The position numbers and the translations under genes were made by a program. From an uncultured Planctomycetaceae bacterium (GTDB lineage: Bacteria; Planctomycetota; Planctomycetia; Planctomycetales; Planctomycetaceae), in assembly GCA_963752185.1 (NCBI GenBank), contig CAVVXK010000002.1, positions 6,791,889 to 6,855,888 of the forward strand: a stretch of 64,000 bases of DNA, given 5' to 3'. Every line of letters begins with the position of its first letter. The stretch's first letter is position 1. Below, piece by piece: positions 29,370-40,554 of this stretch. The notes under the pieces were generated by a model, which worked only from the letters and a program-made list of their open reading frames with translations, searched no databases and was not told the DNA's origin.

Positions 29370-30238
29370 ATGACTGTGTCCGCGAATTCTCCCTGGATCA
29401 TCGACACGACGACCGCGCGGTTCGAGGCGGACGTAATTCAAGCGTCGTCCGAGCGGCCGATCATCGTCGATTTCTGGGCTCCGTGGTGTCAGCCCTGCCG
29501 GCAATTGGGGCCGGTCCTGGAGAAGCTGGCCAACGAATACAACGGCCGCTTCACGCTCGCGAAGGTCAACGTCGACGAGAATCAGGATGTAGCCGCGGCC
29601 TTTGGCGTGCAGTCGATCCCGTATGTGGCCGCCGTCCGCGACGGCCGGCTGGCGGCCGAATTCGTCGGCGTGTATCCCGAAGAAAAGCTTCGCGAATGGC
29701 TCGCGCCGCTCCTCCCGTCGAAGGCCGAAGAGCTGCTAAAAAAGGTCGCGCACTCGAATCGTCCGATGCCAAAGCCGCGCTCGCCGCCTATCGCGAGGCC
29801 GCTGCGCTCGAGCCGAAGTTGGACGCCGCCCGCGTCGCGCTGGCCCGTGTGCTGCTGAAGCTCAACCAGGACGACGAGTGCCGTAAGATCATTGCCGACC
29901 TCGAGTCTCGCGGTTACCTGGAGCCTGAGGCCGAAAAAGTCAAATCGCAGCTCGAATTGCGGGCGGCCGCCGCGGAGGCCGGCCCGCTCGACGAAGCCCG
30001 CAAGGCGGCCAATGCCGCGCCGAACGATCTGGCGCTGCAGCTCAAATTGGCCGACGCGCTGGCGGTCGCCAACCGCCACGACGAGGCCCTGCAGATCTGT
30101 CTGTCGATCGTGCAGAAGGACAAGTCAGCCCTCGGCGGCGAGGCGAAAAACACGATGCTCCGCATCTTCGACACGCTCGGCGCCGGTTCCGATCTCGTCA
30201 GCGTCTACCGCCGCAAACTGGCCACCGCGCTTTATTAG
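29370..30238 (+). CDS. Thioredoxin domain protein with a C-terminal TPR-like domain (YbbN/CnoX-like), frame break in the A-run at 29738-29743
   Basis: The thioredoxin active site is WAPWCQPCR. After LLPSKAEELLKK the reading frame continues one base off as GRALESSDAKAALAAYREAAALEPKLDAARVALARVLL...VYRRKLATALY. Confidence 0.85.
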
Positions 30239-30261
30239 CCGGTGGCGCCGCGGTTGATGCC

Positions 30262-30933
30262 CTATTTGCTCAGATCGACTTCGATTTCGATCAGCCCCGT
30301 GCGGTAACTGACATTGCGAAACGGGGTTTGTGCAACCAGTTCCTCGAACTGCGCCTTCGTGTAGGCTCGCTTGAGAAGCACGGTGCGAAAGATGAACCGC
30401 GTGATCGCGCGATTGACCGGTCCCAATCCCATTTGTGAAACCGCCTGTCGGATTGCGCTCATCGGCGTGTCCCGCAGCAGATCGATGATGAGGGCCCTCC
30501 CGCCAGGCTTGAGCACGCGGTGCATTTCTCGAAGCGCGGCCACCGGTTCGGCAAAATTCTTGAATGCCGCCCGGCAGAGAAGAAGATCGAATTCGTCGTT
30601 CTCAAACGGCATCGCCGAGACGTTGCCTTGCCGAAAGTCGACGTCCACACGGGCGTCGGCCGCGCTCCGCCGAGCCATCTCGACGAATGTGTGGCTGATG
30701 TCGAGACCGGTGACGCGGTAATCCCCGAGTCGGGCCAACTCGACGGCGAAGTACCCCGGACCGGGCGCGACCTCTAGCACGGAACTGCCGGCCGCGATTT
30801 CCCCGGCAATCCGCCGGGCGAGCGCCTGGAACTCACCGAGTGACTTGCGGGTGTTCCCCGCGTACCATCGGGCCAGGGCCCCCTCCATACCGACGCCTTT
30901 TTGTGCCTTCGTGGAAACCGCGGTCATGGACAT
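30262..30933 (-). CDS. Class I SAM-dependent methyltransferase
   Basis: Motif I VLEVAPGPGYFAVELA, post-I VTGLDIS, and LKPGGRALIID. Confidence 0.85.
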   Translation of the reverse strand: MSMTAVSTKAQKGVGMEGALARWYAGNTRKSLGEFQALARRIAGEIAAGSSVLEVAPGPGYFAVELARLGDYRVTGLDISHTFVEMARRSAADARVDVDFRQGNVSAMPFENDEFDLLLCRAAFKNFAEPVAALREMHRVLKPGGRALIIDLLRDTPMSAIRQAVSQMGLGPVNRAITRFIFRTVLLKRAYTKAQFEELVAQTPFRNVSYRTGLIEIEVDLSK

Positions 30934-30963
30934 ATTCCTTATTAGATAAGATACTTATAAAAT

Positions 30964-31416
30964 ATGCAAAATCCGCGGACCGCGTCAACCGCAAAGCGCG
31001 ACGACCTTCTCCTCCGCCTCGAGCAGGGCGTGCGGCGAATGCTGGCCGGGGCAATCATCTTCAATCAGCAGGTGGCCGAGAGCCTCGGCGTCAACGCGAC
31101 TGACCTGCAGTGCCTCAACCTGCTCGAGCTGCAAGGCGCGCTCACGCCGGGTGATCTGGCCCGCTGCTGCGGGCTAACGACCGGAGGCGTCACGGTCGTC
31201 CTCGATCGGCTCGAAAAGGCCGGCTACGTCCGCCGCGAAGCCAACCCCCGCGATCGCCGCAGCCTGTTGATCCGGCCGGTGCCAGCCAAGATGCGGAGCC
31301 TTCACAAAGTCTATCGCTCGAAAAGCGAGTCGCTGGCGGAAGCGCTCTCTCCTTACACCGACCGTGAGCTCGAGTTGATCCTCGACTTCGTTACCCGCAC
31401 GGTCGCCCGTGATTGA
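30964..31416 (+). CDS. MarR family transcriptional regulator
   Basis: Winged-HTH pattern TDLQCLNLLELQGALTPGDLARCCGLTTGGVTVVLDRLEKAGYVRREANPRDRRSLLIRP. It is divergent from the methyltransferase gene across a 30-bp spacer. Confidence 0.85.
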   Translation: MQNPRTASTAKRDDLLLRLEQGVRRMLAGAIIFNQQVAESLGVNATDLQCLNLLELQGALTPGDLARCCGLTTGGVTVVLDRLEKAGYVRREANPRDRRSLLIRPVPAKMRSLHKVYRSKSESLAEALSPYTDRELELILDFVTRTVARD

Positions 31417-32876
31417 CGGAAGCGGCGGATCGCGAACCCCGTCACGCTGCGCCCCGTCAGTAAGTCCCGGGAGAAGGTGGCCGCCGTCAGGCGCCGTGCC
31501 ACGCGCCGCAGCAACTCGCTCCAATCGTCCGGGCGCTGGCATCGCCAGAGGCGCATTGTGGGGTACCACGGCGTCGTTTCCCCCTCGAGCATCCACCGCC
31601 AATCGGCCGCGTAGGGTAGCAAGTTCCAAACTGGCCGGCCGATCGCGGCCGCCAAATGGACCGTCGAATTATCGACCGAAAGCACGAGATCGAGGGCGGC
31701 CATCTTGGCGGCGAAGTCATCGAGGTCGACAAGCGGATCGCAATCGGACGCATCGTCGAGCGTGATGCCAAATTGACGCGCGGCTTCCAGGGCCTCGGCC
31801 GCCGCCGCGCCGTATTGCAGATTCACGAACCGCACGCCGGGGACTTTGAAAATCGGCTCCCACAGTTCCAGCGCGATCGATCGCCTTCGCCTCGTCTCGA
31901 AGTCCTTGCCTCCCTGCCACGAGATTCCGACTTTGAGCGCGCCGCCCAGTCGGGCAAATGACTTCCGCCAATTTGCGACCCGTCCCGCGTCGGGTTGAAG
32001 AAATCCGTGCGAGCGCGGAAAGTCCTCCACATTTCGCCGCAAGAACCGCGGCAGCGAGCCGATGTGCTCGACGATGTCAACGGGGCCGGCCGGCGGTAAT
32101 GCGTTTGAGGGAATTGTCTTGGCGAAGGGCTTGATCGGCGGAAAAGATCTCCCAAAGAGCGGCACCAGCCGATGATCGCACTCGACAGAAATCCGCGCGA
32201 CGTCTTCGGAGCCAATCCCAATCAGCAGTCCCGAAAGGCACGAGGCGAACATGACCTGGTCGCCGATCCCTTGCTCGGAGAGGACGAGCATCGAGCGCAT
32301 GCCGAGCGGCCTTCCATCCCATCGGCAATTCGCTGGAATCGATCGTACGTCGGGCTCAATCGCGAGCCGGCCCTCGTACTCATCCCATCCCTGGCCCAAT
32401 TCGCCTCGCATCAGACGAACGAGCGCCGTGTTAAGACGCGCCTTCGGATGCTCGGGTGATGCGGGCCGAATATGGCTGAGTAAAGTCAGCGACTCATCAA
32501 ACAGCCGCAGTTCGCGGAGCACAATCGCGAGGTTAATCCGCGTTTCTTCATCGTGGGGCATGAAGGTCAGCGCCCGGCGATACGCCGCTTGCGCTTCATC
32601 GAGCCGGAAGTCCTGCCGAAAGCAGTTGCCGAGATTAAACCAGGCCAAACCGAATTCAGGATCTGCCTCGACCGCTTTCCCATACGCGGCCAGGGCTGCT
32701 GCAGGCTCGCCCAACTGATGTCGGATGACGCCGATGTTGTTGTGGGCCCGCGCGTGGTTCGGCGCAACCGCGACCGCTTGCTCGTAGCAGGCGAGTGCCT
32801 CGACGAGGCGGTTTTGTCGGCCCAGGTCGACGCCGCGAACGTAGTATTCGTCGGATTGTGCTTGTTTGGCGTCCAT
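31353..32876 (-). CDS. TPR-repeat protein with a C-terminal glycosyltransferase family 9-like domain
   Basis: N-terminal TPRs (AVAPNHARAHNNIGVI..., EADPEFGLAWFNLGNCF...). The C-terminal GT9-like signature is ISWQGG...VRFVNLQYG...LVLSVDNSTVHLAAAIGRPVWNLLPYAADWRWM. The 3' end overlaps marR by 64 bp, so the true stop may be earlier. Confidence 0.7.
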   Translation of the reverse strand: MDAKQAQSDEYYVRGVDLGRQNRLVEALACYEQAVAVAPNHARAHNNIGVIRHQLGEPAAALAAYGKAVEADPEFGLAWFNLGNCFRQDFRLDEAQAAYRRALTFMPHDEETRINLAIVLRELRLFDESLTLLSHIRPASPEHPKARLNTALVRLMRGELGQGWDEYEGRLAIEPDVRSIPANCRWDGRPLGMRSMLVLSEQGIGDQVMFASCLSGLLIGIGSEDVARISVECDHRLVPLFGRSFPPIKPFAKTIPSNALPPAGPVDIVEHIGSLPRFLRRNVEDFPRSHGFLQPDAGRVANWRKSFARLGGALKVGISWQGGKDFETRRRRSIALELWEPIFKVPGVRFVNLQYGAAAAEALEAARQFGITLDDASDCDPLVDLDDFAAKMAALDLVLSVDNSTVHLAAAIGRPVWNLLPYAADWRWMLEGETTPWYPTMRLWRCQRPDDWSELLRRVARRLTAATFSRDLLTGRSVTGFAIRRFRQSRATVRVTKSRINSSSRSV

Positions 32877-33073
32877 GCTGCAGTCGGCGTCTCGTGGAAC
32901 GTAAAGCGCTCGATCTGGCCGCACAAATTTAATCGTTCTGCCGCCACGACGATATTGATCCTTTGGCGGCGGCAACCCGCGAGACGAAACTCATGGCCTT
33001 CCCACTTTGCCGTATCTTGCCAAATTGCGAGCGGGATCAGTTTCGGTCGTTCCGGTCGCCGTGCATCGAGAGA

Positions 33074-33610
33074 TCAACTCGCCGACTCTTCGGACGCGAG
33101 TTGTCTGCGGGCGAGACAGGCCAGGATTGAATTGACACACAGGTAAAGGGCAAACAATCCCGCGAAGACGTTGACAAACGGTGAGACCCATATTGCCGCC
33201 ACCAGGAACGATATCGCAGAAAGAAACAGGCAGACGATCTCCTGGCTCATCAGCTGGTATGCGCCGAGGTGCTGCGCGTAGACATGCAGGCTGAGATGTG
33301 CGGGAAGTCGCGGTGTGCTTCGCAGCAAAGGTCTCAGCAACAGGAATCGAACCACTTCGAGAAGCAGCCCGAGCGCGACGAAAACCGCAATCGAATGCAG
33401 CCAACTAACCAAGACAAGGCTGGCGAATAGGGCAACAATACTGAACCAGTAATAGGCTCGAACGAAACGCCGGAGGGTCTGGCCCAGCGACGTCGTCAAG
33501 ACGGGGTATCCCCAAAGGGCCCCGACGACCATCCCGGCCCACGGATAGAAAAACTCCGTGTCGTCGAATTCCGCGAAGAAGTAATCCAGGGTCCGCATGG
33601 CGAGCGCCAT
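33074..33610 (-). CDS. Hypothetical integral membrane protein
   Basis: A 178-aa ORF with about 5 hydrophobic segments. I recognised no family. Confidence 0.5.
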   Translation of the reverse strand: MALAMRTLDYFFAEFDDTEFFYPWAGMVVGALWGYPVLTTSLGQTLRRFVRAYYWFSIVALFASLVLVSWLHSIAVFVALGLLLEVVRFLLLRPLLRSTPRLPAHLSLHVYAQHLGAYQLMSQEIVCLFLSAISFLVAAIWVSPFVNVFAGLFALYLCVNSILACLARRQLASEESAS

Positions 33611-33622
33611 CCATCTCGAAAA

Positions 33623-33696
33623 TACACCCGGCAGGAGTCGAACCTGCGACCTGCGGTTTAGGAAACCGCCGCTCTATCCTACTGAGCTACGGGTGC
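33623..33696 (-). tRNA. tRNA-Arg (anticodon CCT)
   Basis: The reverse complement GCACCCGTAGCTCAGTAGGATAGAGCGGCGGTTTCCTAAACCGCAGGTCGCAGGTTCGACTCCTGCCGGGTGTA folds as a cloverleaf. It has a 7-bp acceptor stem (G1-U72 wobble), anticodon stem GCGGT/ACCGC with loop TTCCTAA, and T-arm GCAGG-TTCGACT-CCTGC. CCA is not encoded. Confidence 0.9.
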
Positions 33697-33809
33697 AAAA
33701 CGGTCGGCCGAGGGCGAGGCGGGCAGACGGCCAATTGCGGTCTATTCTGCTGGAGACACCGCTCAAAGTCCAAGGATGCACGGCCGGCACAACTCGGCAG
33801 CTTCGTCAA

Positions 33810-36286
33810 TCAGTGCCAGGCGAATTCGCCGTGTTCGATGGTCCAATCGTTTCCGAAGAAGCCGGCAGCTTTCACGCCGGGTAAACCCTTGTTCCACACG
33901 TCGCCACTCATCAGCACGCAATCGGGGTAGGCGATCCCGGAGACGAAATACGGCAGACGGTCGGTCAGTCGCATGCCCTTGATGCCCGTGCCGGCGATGG
34001 CGCCGACGGCGGCCACGTCGCTGCCGGGTCTTGGCCGGATGAAGAAACAGCCGAGGTCGTCTCCTTTCACCTCGCGATCGCCCAATTTGGCGATGCCCGA
34101 TTTGACTTGTACGGGACTTTCGCCCAAGAGAGCAGCCCAAGCTGAATTCGTGTCCGCGTTGCCGTAAAGCACGATGTTGCGGTCGCGGTCTTTGGCCGGG
34201 TCGAAATTCCCGTCGGTCACGATTTCCAGCAGGCCGTTGCCGCGATACCAGAATGATTCCGCGTCGAACCGCGCCTTTTGCAGGGCCCAGGCATTTTCGG
34301 CCGGCGAACCGTGCGTGCCGATGACGAGCAGCACGCGATTGCGAAACGCGTCGCGAAAGGGCCCGCCGCGCGTCCGCGACTTGGCCGTCGCCGGCAGTTT
34401 CTCTCCCACTCGCCATTTGTCAGCCGTGCGGTAGAGCCAGATTTTTGCCTCATCGGCCGGTCGGAGGGCGTCGCCGAGCTTTTGTCCGTCGAGCTCGACG
34501 TGCACCGTCTCCCCCGGCTTCAGGTGACTCACGTCGAGTGCGAGGCAGGCCACGTTGTCGGTCGTCCCCTCGAATCGCCGCTTGCCGGCATCGTGCGTCA
34601 AATGGACCGAACTGTGTTTGAAGGCCTTTTGCTGCTGTTCGATGACGGCCCAATGGCATCGCGGCGAGACGCTGGGGCTGGCCGTGACAAAGTCGACCTC
34701 TTTGACGTCCGCGTCGCGCGGTCGCGAGCGCTCGGCGAAGAATTCGAACATCTGCGGCCAGTCGACGCACAGGTTGCCCCACCAGTGGCCCGCACCGATG
34801 CGTTCGTGATAGGCCCAGTCGGCATGAAAGCCGCCGAGCACTCTGCGCATTTCGCGGGCTTGCTCGACGGGAACATTGTCGTCCTGATCACCGTGCAGGA
34901 TGTACACGCCGAGCGATGCAAGGTTTTTGACGAGGGCCAAGGTATCGCTGGGTGACGCGGCGCGAGAGAAAAGTTGGGAGACGGCGTCGCCGTGTTCCGG
35001 GCGCGATGCGCCCGCGTAAGACGTCATGCTGATCCACCCGGCGCTCGGACCGATGCCGGCGAATTTATCCGGATAGGTCACGCCGAGATGCCACGTGCCG
35101 TGGCCCCCCATCGAGTGGCCGGTGAGCCACACGCGGAGCGGATCGATTTTGAGCGTGCGCGACGCCTCGTCGAGCACTTCGAGCGCGTCGAGCCGGCCCC
35201 AGTCTTCCCAATCGAAACCGAATTGCCGTCGATTTGTCGCCGCGACGACGTGGGTCCAGGGCTTGGGTTTGAAGCAGGCCGCCTGACCGAAACCTTCCAC
35301 GCCCGCGCCGTGCAGCGTCAGCGTTAGTCCGGGGGTCGGATTGGCCGCCGACGCGGGGACCAGCGCGTAATACTGCACGCTGCCGTCGATTCGGCTGCGG
35401 AACGTGCACTTGCGCGTTTGCTCGGGCTTGAGCACGCGCAGGCGCATCTCGGTCCTGGTGAGCACGCCGTTACCGGTCGCGTTGCGCAATTCGAGTCGTG
35501 CGGTCGTTTCCCCCGTTGCGGCGGGATGGGCGGCGATCTGGAAGGGGATTTTTGAAACACTGAGCGGTGGCAATGCCGCCAGGTTCGTTTGCTTGGGCGA
35601 CGCTCCCGACAAGGTCGTAACGACGAGACAGGTTTGCCAGTTTGGCGTCGCGTTGATCACGGGCACGGCGCCCCAGCCATCGTAGCTCGTGCCCACGATC
35701 AAATCGGGAAGCGTCGTATCGCCCGTATTGAAGAAGAGATCGCTCGGCGGCGGCGTGAGCTTGGCCTGCAATTCACCGCGGCCGACGGTGAACAGAAATT
35801 CGTTCTCGCCTTTCTTCAATGCGATCGGGACATGCACATAGCCGTGCGAATACGGATCGCCAACACGAGGCTCTCCATTGACCCACACCATGGTGTGGCC
35901 GCTGGCCTCGAGCACCATCACGCGGTCTTGCTCCGAGGGAATCACAAGAAACGCCCGGCCGCCGTTGAGGAGCGAGCTTTCGTAGCTGCCGTCCTTCTTG
36001 GCCGAGAGTTTCGACCAGGTGAGCGATTTGCCGCCCGGCAGCGACAACTTGTCGCCGGCTTTAGGGCGCTGCCAGCGCCGGAAGCCATCACCGCATTGAT
36101 GGGGTCGACGGGAATCGGCACACGGCCCGCCCGCCCGGCCGGCGGAATGACGAGCGCTTCGCCGAAAGAGATGTCCTTTTTCGCCGGCTCGGCGCCGAAC
36201 GCCGTGGCCGTGAGCGCGATGCAGGTCAAGCCAAGCCAACACGACTTCCGGCCACGGAAAGAAATGCGTCTCAAGAGGTTCGTCAT
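33810..36286 (-). CDS. Secreted alpha/beta hydrolase (S9 peptidase/esterase-like), frame break at about 36060-36062
   Basis: Catalytic-domain motifs are GHSMGGHGTWHLG and HGDQDDNVPVEQAREM. The signal-peptide fragment MTNLLRRISFRGRKSCWLGLTCIALTATAFGAEP (ATG at 36286) joins the main frame at an a/t run (…GAGSALK | AGDKLSLPGGKSLTW…). Confidence 0.8.
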
Positions 36287-36607
36287 TGTTTTTGGTTGCG
36301 CCCTTGTGTCAGCCAGCGGCCCTAATCTCTGCCGCGGAAGACCATCCAGAATGCCCCAACCAGTGCAATGAGCACGACGACGCCACTCAAGGCAACTGCC
36401 CGGAAGCTGATTTCGTAGTACGCGGCGAGCATTGGGCGGGATTCTCGCAAAATGGAAAAGACTTCCGTTATAAGCGGCGGAACAACGTTTCGCACGCCGA
36501 CACGGCGAGAGGTGGTGAGGCACACGTGAATCGTTGCCACTCAGCCGATTGCGCAAGTCGCAATCGCGAGACTGTCACTCATAAGGCTGTCACTTAAAGG
36601 CTGCCAC

Positions 36608-37194
36608 TTAAATGACGGGCAACCGCGCCAGGAGTTGTTGCGCTTCGGCGGCGATCCGCGTGCCCGGCGCACGGCGATGATGCGCTGCAGGTAGTTTGCC
36701 GCCGGCGCGTAGAGGCCGGCTTGAATCAATTGCCGCGCGTTTCGAAGCAGATAGCCGTACGTGCGCTGCGCGGTGACGTTGGGATCGAGCGACGTCGACG
36801 CATACGGCAGCAGGCCCAGGGGGTTCACGCCGACCGTGCCCACGGCGGGCGTCTGCAAACTTGTGTTCGTCGCGTTGGTTGGCGTGTTCGTCGATGAATT
36901 GGCAGAGGTGTTGGATTTGTGGCGAGACGCCCAGGAACCGTTCGTCGAAGACGTGGAACTGCTCGATGCCGTCGACGCGGTCGCGTAGTTCCTCGAGGCG
37001 CGGGCTGAGCGGCGAGAGGTCGAGGAACTGCTCGTTCCCGCTGCGGGCGAGAAACTGGGCGTGAAGTAACCCGGTGCAAAGCCGCGGGCGAATCCGCCGT
37101 GGCCGCGATGTCCGCCGCCCCGAGCCTGCAGGCTCTGCGTGGGGAGCATGACCGAGAGCGCGAAAGCCGCCATCAATCCGATGTGCCTGAGCAT
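36608..37194 (-). CDS. Secreted low-complexity protein (Gly/His/Arg then Ser/Thr/Asn-rich), frame break at about 36663-36668
   Basis: Signal peptide MLRHIGLMAAFALSVMLPTQSLQA followed by RGGGHRGHGGFARGFAPGYF. After ...NYLQRIIAV the adjacent frame gives PGTRIAAEAQQLLARLPVI, with its stop at 36608-36610. Confidence 0.6.
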
Positions 37195-37405
37195 TCCAAC
37201 CCCTCCGATCCGCGGCCCGTCAAATTCAAGTGTGCGCTTGGGCTTGCGAGAAGTCAAAGCAATAAAGTCTTTCCAGCGTGGGGGTTAAAAATCGGTTACG
37301 TCACCGGCCGGATATCGCGGACCTGAACTCGCTTGCGAGGTCGCGTGTCCAACAGATACGCTCGGCCGTTCGATCGCCCTCTCTGCGAACAGAAAACTGC
37401 GAGAC

Positions 37406-38716
37406 TTGAACACCGCGGTTGGATCTCAAGCTTTAGTCCCCTTTCGCTGGCCCGATTTTCGGAGACTGTTCGTTGCGGCGGCCTGCTCGACGCTGGCGAG
37501 CCGTGCCTTGGCCGTTGTGCTGGGCTACGAAGTCTACGCTCTGACAAAGAATCCCCTCGCGCTCGGTATTCTCGGGCTGGTCGAGGCCATTCCCTCCCTG
37601 TCGCTGGCTCTTTATGGCGGGCACATTGCCGACCGATTTGACCGGCGGCGAATCTTGCGGCGGACGCTCGGCGCACTGATCGTCTGTGCAATGATCCTGG
37701 CGGCTCTCGAAACGACCGATCTGGGCAAGGCTCAACTGGTGATGCTGTACGGCGTCGTATTTCTGGCCGGCATTGCCCGCGGCTTTGCCGAGCCGGCGGC
37801 GGCGGCGCTCGAAGCGCAGGTCGTCCCTTGGGAGCTATTGATCAATTCGTCGACCTTAATGGCCGGTTGCTGGATGTCGGCCGCCGTGATCGGGCCGCTC
37901 GTGGGAGGCGTGGCCTTCGCGCGATTCGGCGCCGCGTGGACCTTCGTGGGCGTGGGCGTGTTTTACGCAATCGCTTGGATCTCAGTGTCTCGGATTGCGC
38001 CCCGGCCGCCGGCGACGGCCGCCACGAACGAATCGGTGTGGGAAAGCGTCTCCGCCGGCGTGCGGTATGTGTTGGGCAATCAGGTGATGCTGGGATCGAT
38101 GGCGCTCGATCTGTTCGCCGTGCTCTTCGGCGGTGCGATCGCGCTTTTGCCGGTTTTTGCCAGCGACATCCTGAGGGTCGGACCGATCGGCCTCGGCATT
38201 CTCAATGCGGCTCCGACGACGGGCGCGCTCTTCGCCATGCTCTGGTGCAGCCGCCGTCCCCCCGTGCGTCATGCAGGGCGCAACTTGTTCTGGGCGGTCG
38301 GGGGCTTCGGCGTGTCGATGATCGTGTTCGCCTTGTCGCGGTCGTTCGCGTTGTCGGTGGTGGCGCTCATCTTTAGCGGCGTCTTCGACGGCATTAGCGT
38401 CGTCATCCGCCGCGGTATCTTACGGCTTTTATCGCCCGATCATCTTCGCGGGCGGATCGCCTCGGTGAGCATGATTTTCATCGGGTCGTCGAATGAACTG
38501 GGCGCCTTCGAGAGCGGAGTGGCCGCGGCTCTCTTGGGAACGGCCGCTTCGGTTTGGTTGGGAGGCATCGTGACATTAATTGTCGTCAGCGTTGCCGCTG
38601 TGCTCACGCCCGAGTTACGCCGCCTGAGCCTGGAACCGAGCCAGCTTCTCCGGCGCGACAAGGAAGTGGATGAAGAACTCGACAGAGAGGCGGAAGGCGT
38701 GACGCTGCCGTCGTGA
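37406..38716 (+). CDS. MFS transporter (MFS_3/EntS-like)
   Basis: About 12 hydrophobic segments. The N-terminus is FRWPDFRRLFVAAACSTLASRALAVVLGY, with GGHIADRFDRRRIL in loop 2-3. The start is the TTG at 37406. Confidence 0.8.
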   Translation: MNTAVGSQALVPFRWPDFRRLFVAAACSTLASRALAVVLGYEVYALTKNPLALGILGLVEAIPSLSLALYGGHIADRFDRRRILRRTLGALIVCAMILAALETTDLGKAQLVMLYGVVFLAGIARGFAEPAAAALEAQVVPWELLINSSTLMAGCWMSAAVIGPLVGGVAFARFGAAWTFVGVGVFYAIAWISVSRIAPRPPATAATNESVWESVSAGVRYVLGNQVMLGSMALDLFAVLFGGAIALLPVFASDILRVGPIGLGILNAAPTTGALFAMLWCSRRPPVRHAGRNLFWAVGGFGVSMIVFALSRSFALSVVALIFSGVFDGISVVIRRGILRLLSPDHLRGRIASVSMIFIGSSNELGAFESGVAAALLGTAASVWLGGIVTLIVVSVAAVLTPELRRLSLEPSQLLRRDKEVDEELDREAEGVTLPS

Positions 38717-38740
38717 CCCCGACTCGCGTCGCCAGACTTG

Positions 38741-39565
38741 CTACAAGCAGCCGCCGATGCCTTGCATGATCCAGCGATCGATGGCGCCAAACATCGATTG
38801 CGGCCACTGCTCCTTGGGGATGTGGCAGCGCACGGCGACTTCCAATCCGGCCGAGTACAAGAGAGAGCCGATCGTCTCGGCCTTGCTCAACCCGTCCGGA
38901 TCGTGCGCGCCGGCCGCGAGAAAAACGCGTTTCGCGCGGAGCTCGCGAAATCGCCGGAGAGGGCGCCGCCGCCAGGGAAAGCGTCCACCGAAGACGGCGA
39001 GACCCGCGAACCACTCCGGCCGGGCCAGAAACAGGTCCCACGCCAACGTCGCTCCGTCTCCCGAGCCGGCCAGAAAAATCCGCTCGGCATTCACGTGATA
39101 GTCCTGCCGCAAGTGGCGCACGCTGGCGTGCAGTTCGTCCTGAAAGGCGATCTTCGCCCGTTCGGAGCGCGACCAGCGAAAGCCCCGCGAGACGCTGCCG
39201 TCGGCCTGAGTCCGCGGGTGCGCTTTCGCCGTGCCGCGCAGCGCAAGACCGAGGTAGTTGCGCATGCTGATCTGCGGCAGCACGTTGACGATATCGCGTT
39301 CGCTGCGGCCCGCTTCGTGCAGCCACACGATCAGGGGATAGGCGTAATTGCGTTCGTAATTCTCGGGGACGAACACGCCCGACGGCCGAAGCCGCACGCG
39401 CGTCCGCGAGCAAACACCCTGTGCCGTGCCATTCTCGGAAGAAAGAATCACCTCGGCCGACGACGTGTGGCTGTCGTCCGAACGGACGAGCGGCTCCGAT
39501 GGCTCATCGTGCTCTCGATTCGATTCGGGCAGTCCGAACGATCTGGAAAATCGGGACGAGGTCAT
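38741..39565 (-). CDS. Alpha/beta-hydrolase-fold protein (esterase-like)
   Basis: [16 protein letters not shown]...[16 protein letters not shown]...[11 protein letters not shown] could not find the canonical GxSxG elbow. It overlaps the upstream amidase_2 gene by 4 bp, suggesting an operon. Confidence 0.55.
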   Translation of the reverse strand: MTSSRFSRSFGLPESNREHDEPSEPLVRSDDSHTSSAEVILSSENGTAQGVCSRTRVRLRPSGVFVPENYERNYAYPLIVWLHEAGRSERDIVNVLPQISMRNYLGLALRGTAKAHPRTQADGSVSRGFRWSRSERAKIAFQDELHASVRHLRQDYHVNAERIFLAGSGDGATLAWDLFLARPEWFAGLAVFGGRFPWRRRPLRRFRELRAKRVFLAAGAHDPDGLSKAETIGSLLYSAGLEVAVRCHIPKEQWPQSMFGAIDRWIMQGIGGCL

Positions 39566-40320
39566 GGACGATTCCCTTCTTGGGCCGCGACCGGAATGAG
39601 CCCGGACGGCGGCATGCTGTTTCCCGCAAGCGGATCCATCCGCCTTTGGGTGAGGTCTCCCATTGGAAAATACTTCCCCGGACAGGCGGTCGCTTTGATG
39701 TCGCCATGCCTCAACACGTTGCTGGCTTCGATGCCGTAACGCGTGCGCAGGACCGTCACCAGCCGTCTGACGGCGGTCATTTGAGCCGGCGACGGCGGAG
39801 CCAGCTCGAAGTTGCCGACCAGGGCAATTCCGATTCCGTGTTGGTTGTGTTCATCGTCACCCGCGTGTGCGCCGGGAAGCTGGCCGCGCCAGCGAAACGT
39901 CGGTTCGATTTCGCCGTCATCCATGCCGTTGCCGTTGCCGATCACGAAGTGATAGCCGATGCCCTTCCAGGGATTGCCGTTGCGGTCGCGACGCTGCAAA
40001 TGGGCCGCATGGATCGATTCCACGCTACCCTGCGACGAGGCGGTATGGTGGATCAAAATCCAAGTCCACTGGCGGGGCGGCGCCGATGGCCTCCACGGAT
40101 CGATCGCGAGGGACGGCAGACCGTACGAACTCGCCGGCGTTGGATCAAACGCCTGAGCAGTCGACGGCGATACCGGGGTATGACTGAGCATACGGGGTTG
40201 GGCCGGTTCAAGATCAGATGGAAGCGTTGCCGACGGCATCCGTCCTGGTTGAAAGCAGCCGAGCATGCCAAAGCAAGCGACCACTGCCAGCCCAAGGATC
40301 CCTAACCCCCTGAGCGCCAA
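39562..40320 (-). CDS. N-acetylmuramoyl-L-alanine amidase (Amidase_2/PGRP domain), lipoprotein-like leader
   Basis: [21 protein letters not shown]...[11 protein letters not shown]...[21 protein letters not shown]...[13 protein letters not shown]. The leader is [12 protein letters not shown]. Confidence 0.85.
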   Translation of the reverse strand: MALRGLGILGLAVVACFGMLGCFQPGRMPSATLPSDLEPAQPRMLSHTPVSPSTAQAFDPTPASSYGLPSLAIDPWRPSAPPRQWTWILIHHTASSQGSVESIHAAHLQRRDRNGNPWKGIGYHFVIGNGNGMDDGEIEPTFRWRGQLPGAHAGDDEHNQHGIGIALVGNFELAPPSPAQMTAVRRLVTVLRTRYGIEASNVLRHGDIKATACPGKYFPMGDLTQRRMDPLAGNSMPPSGLIPVAAQEGNRP

Positions 40321-40554
40321 CGCCGTGCTCCCGTCCGTGGGATTTTGCCGATCCGTCGGCCCCGTCGAAAGCCCATCCTCGGTTTCGCCGGGTTAGGCGT
40401 TGGAATTTACAGGCGTGCCCAAAGTGTGTCAACACGCACCACGCGCGGGGCGACGTCGGACAGATCGCTCCCGGACGTGCGGCACGAAAGGTCTGCCGAT
40501 TTGTCCGGGATTTTCACAAGCGAACGATGATATGGGCCGCGAAGTCGACGCAGT

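Noticed and set aside
36322-36540. A 72-aa minus-strand ORF with a hydrophobic C-terminal segment, between two secreted-protein genes.
   Set aside because: It is short, has no recognisable start context or family, and half of it is Arg/Val-rich filler. I cannot distinguish it from chance, so I did not list it as a feature.
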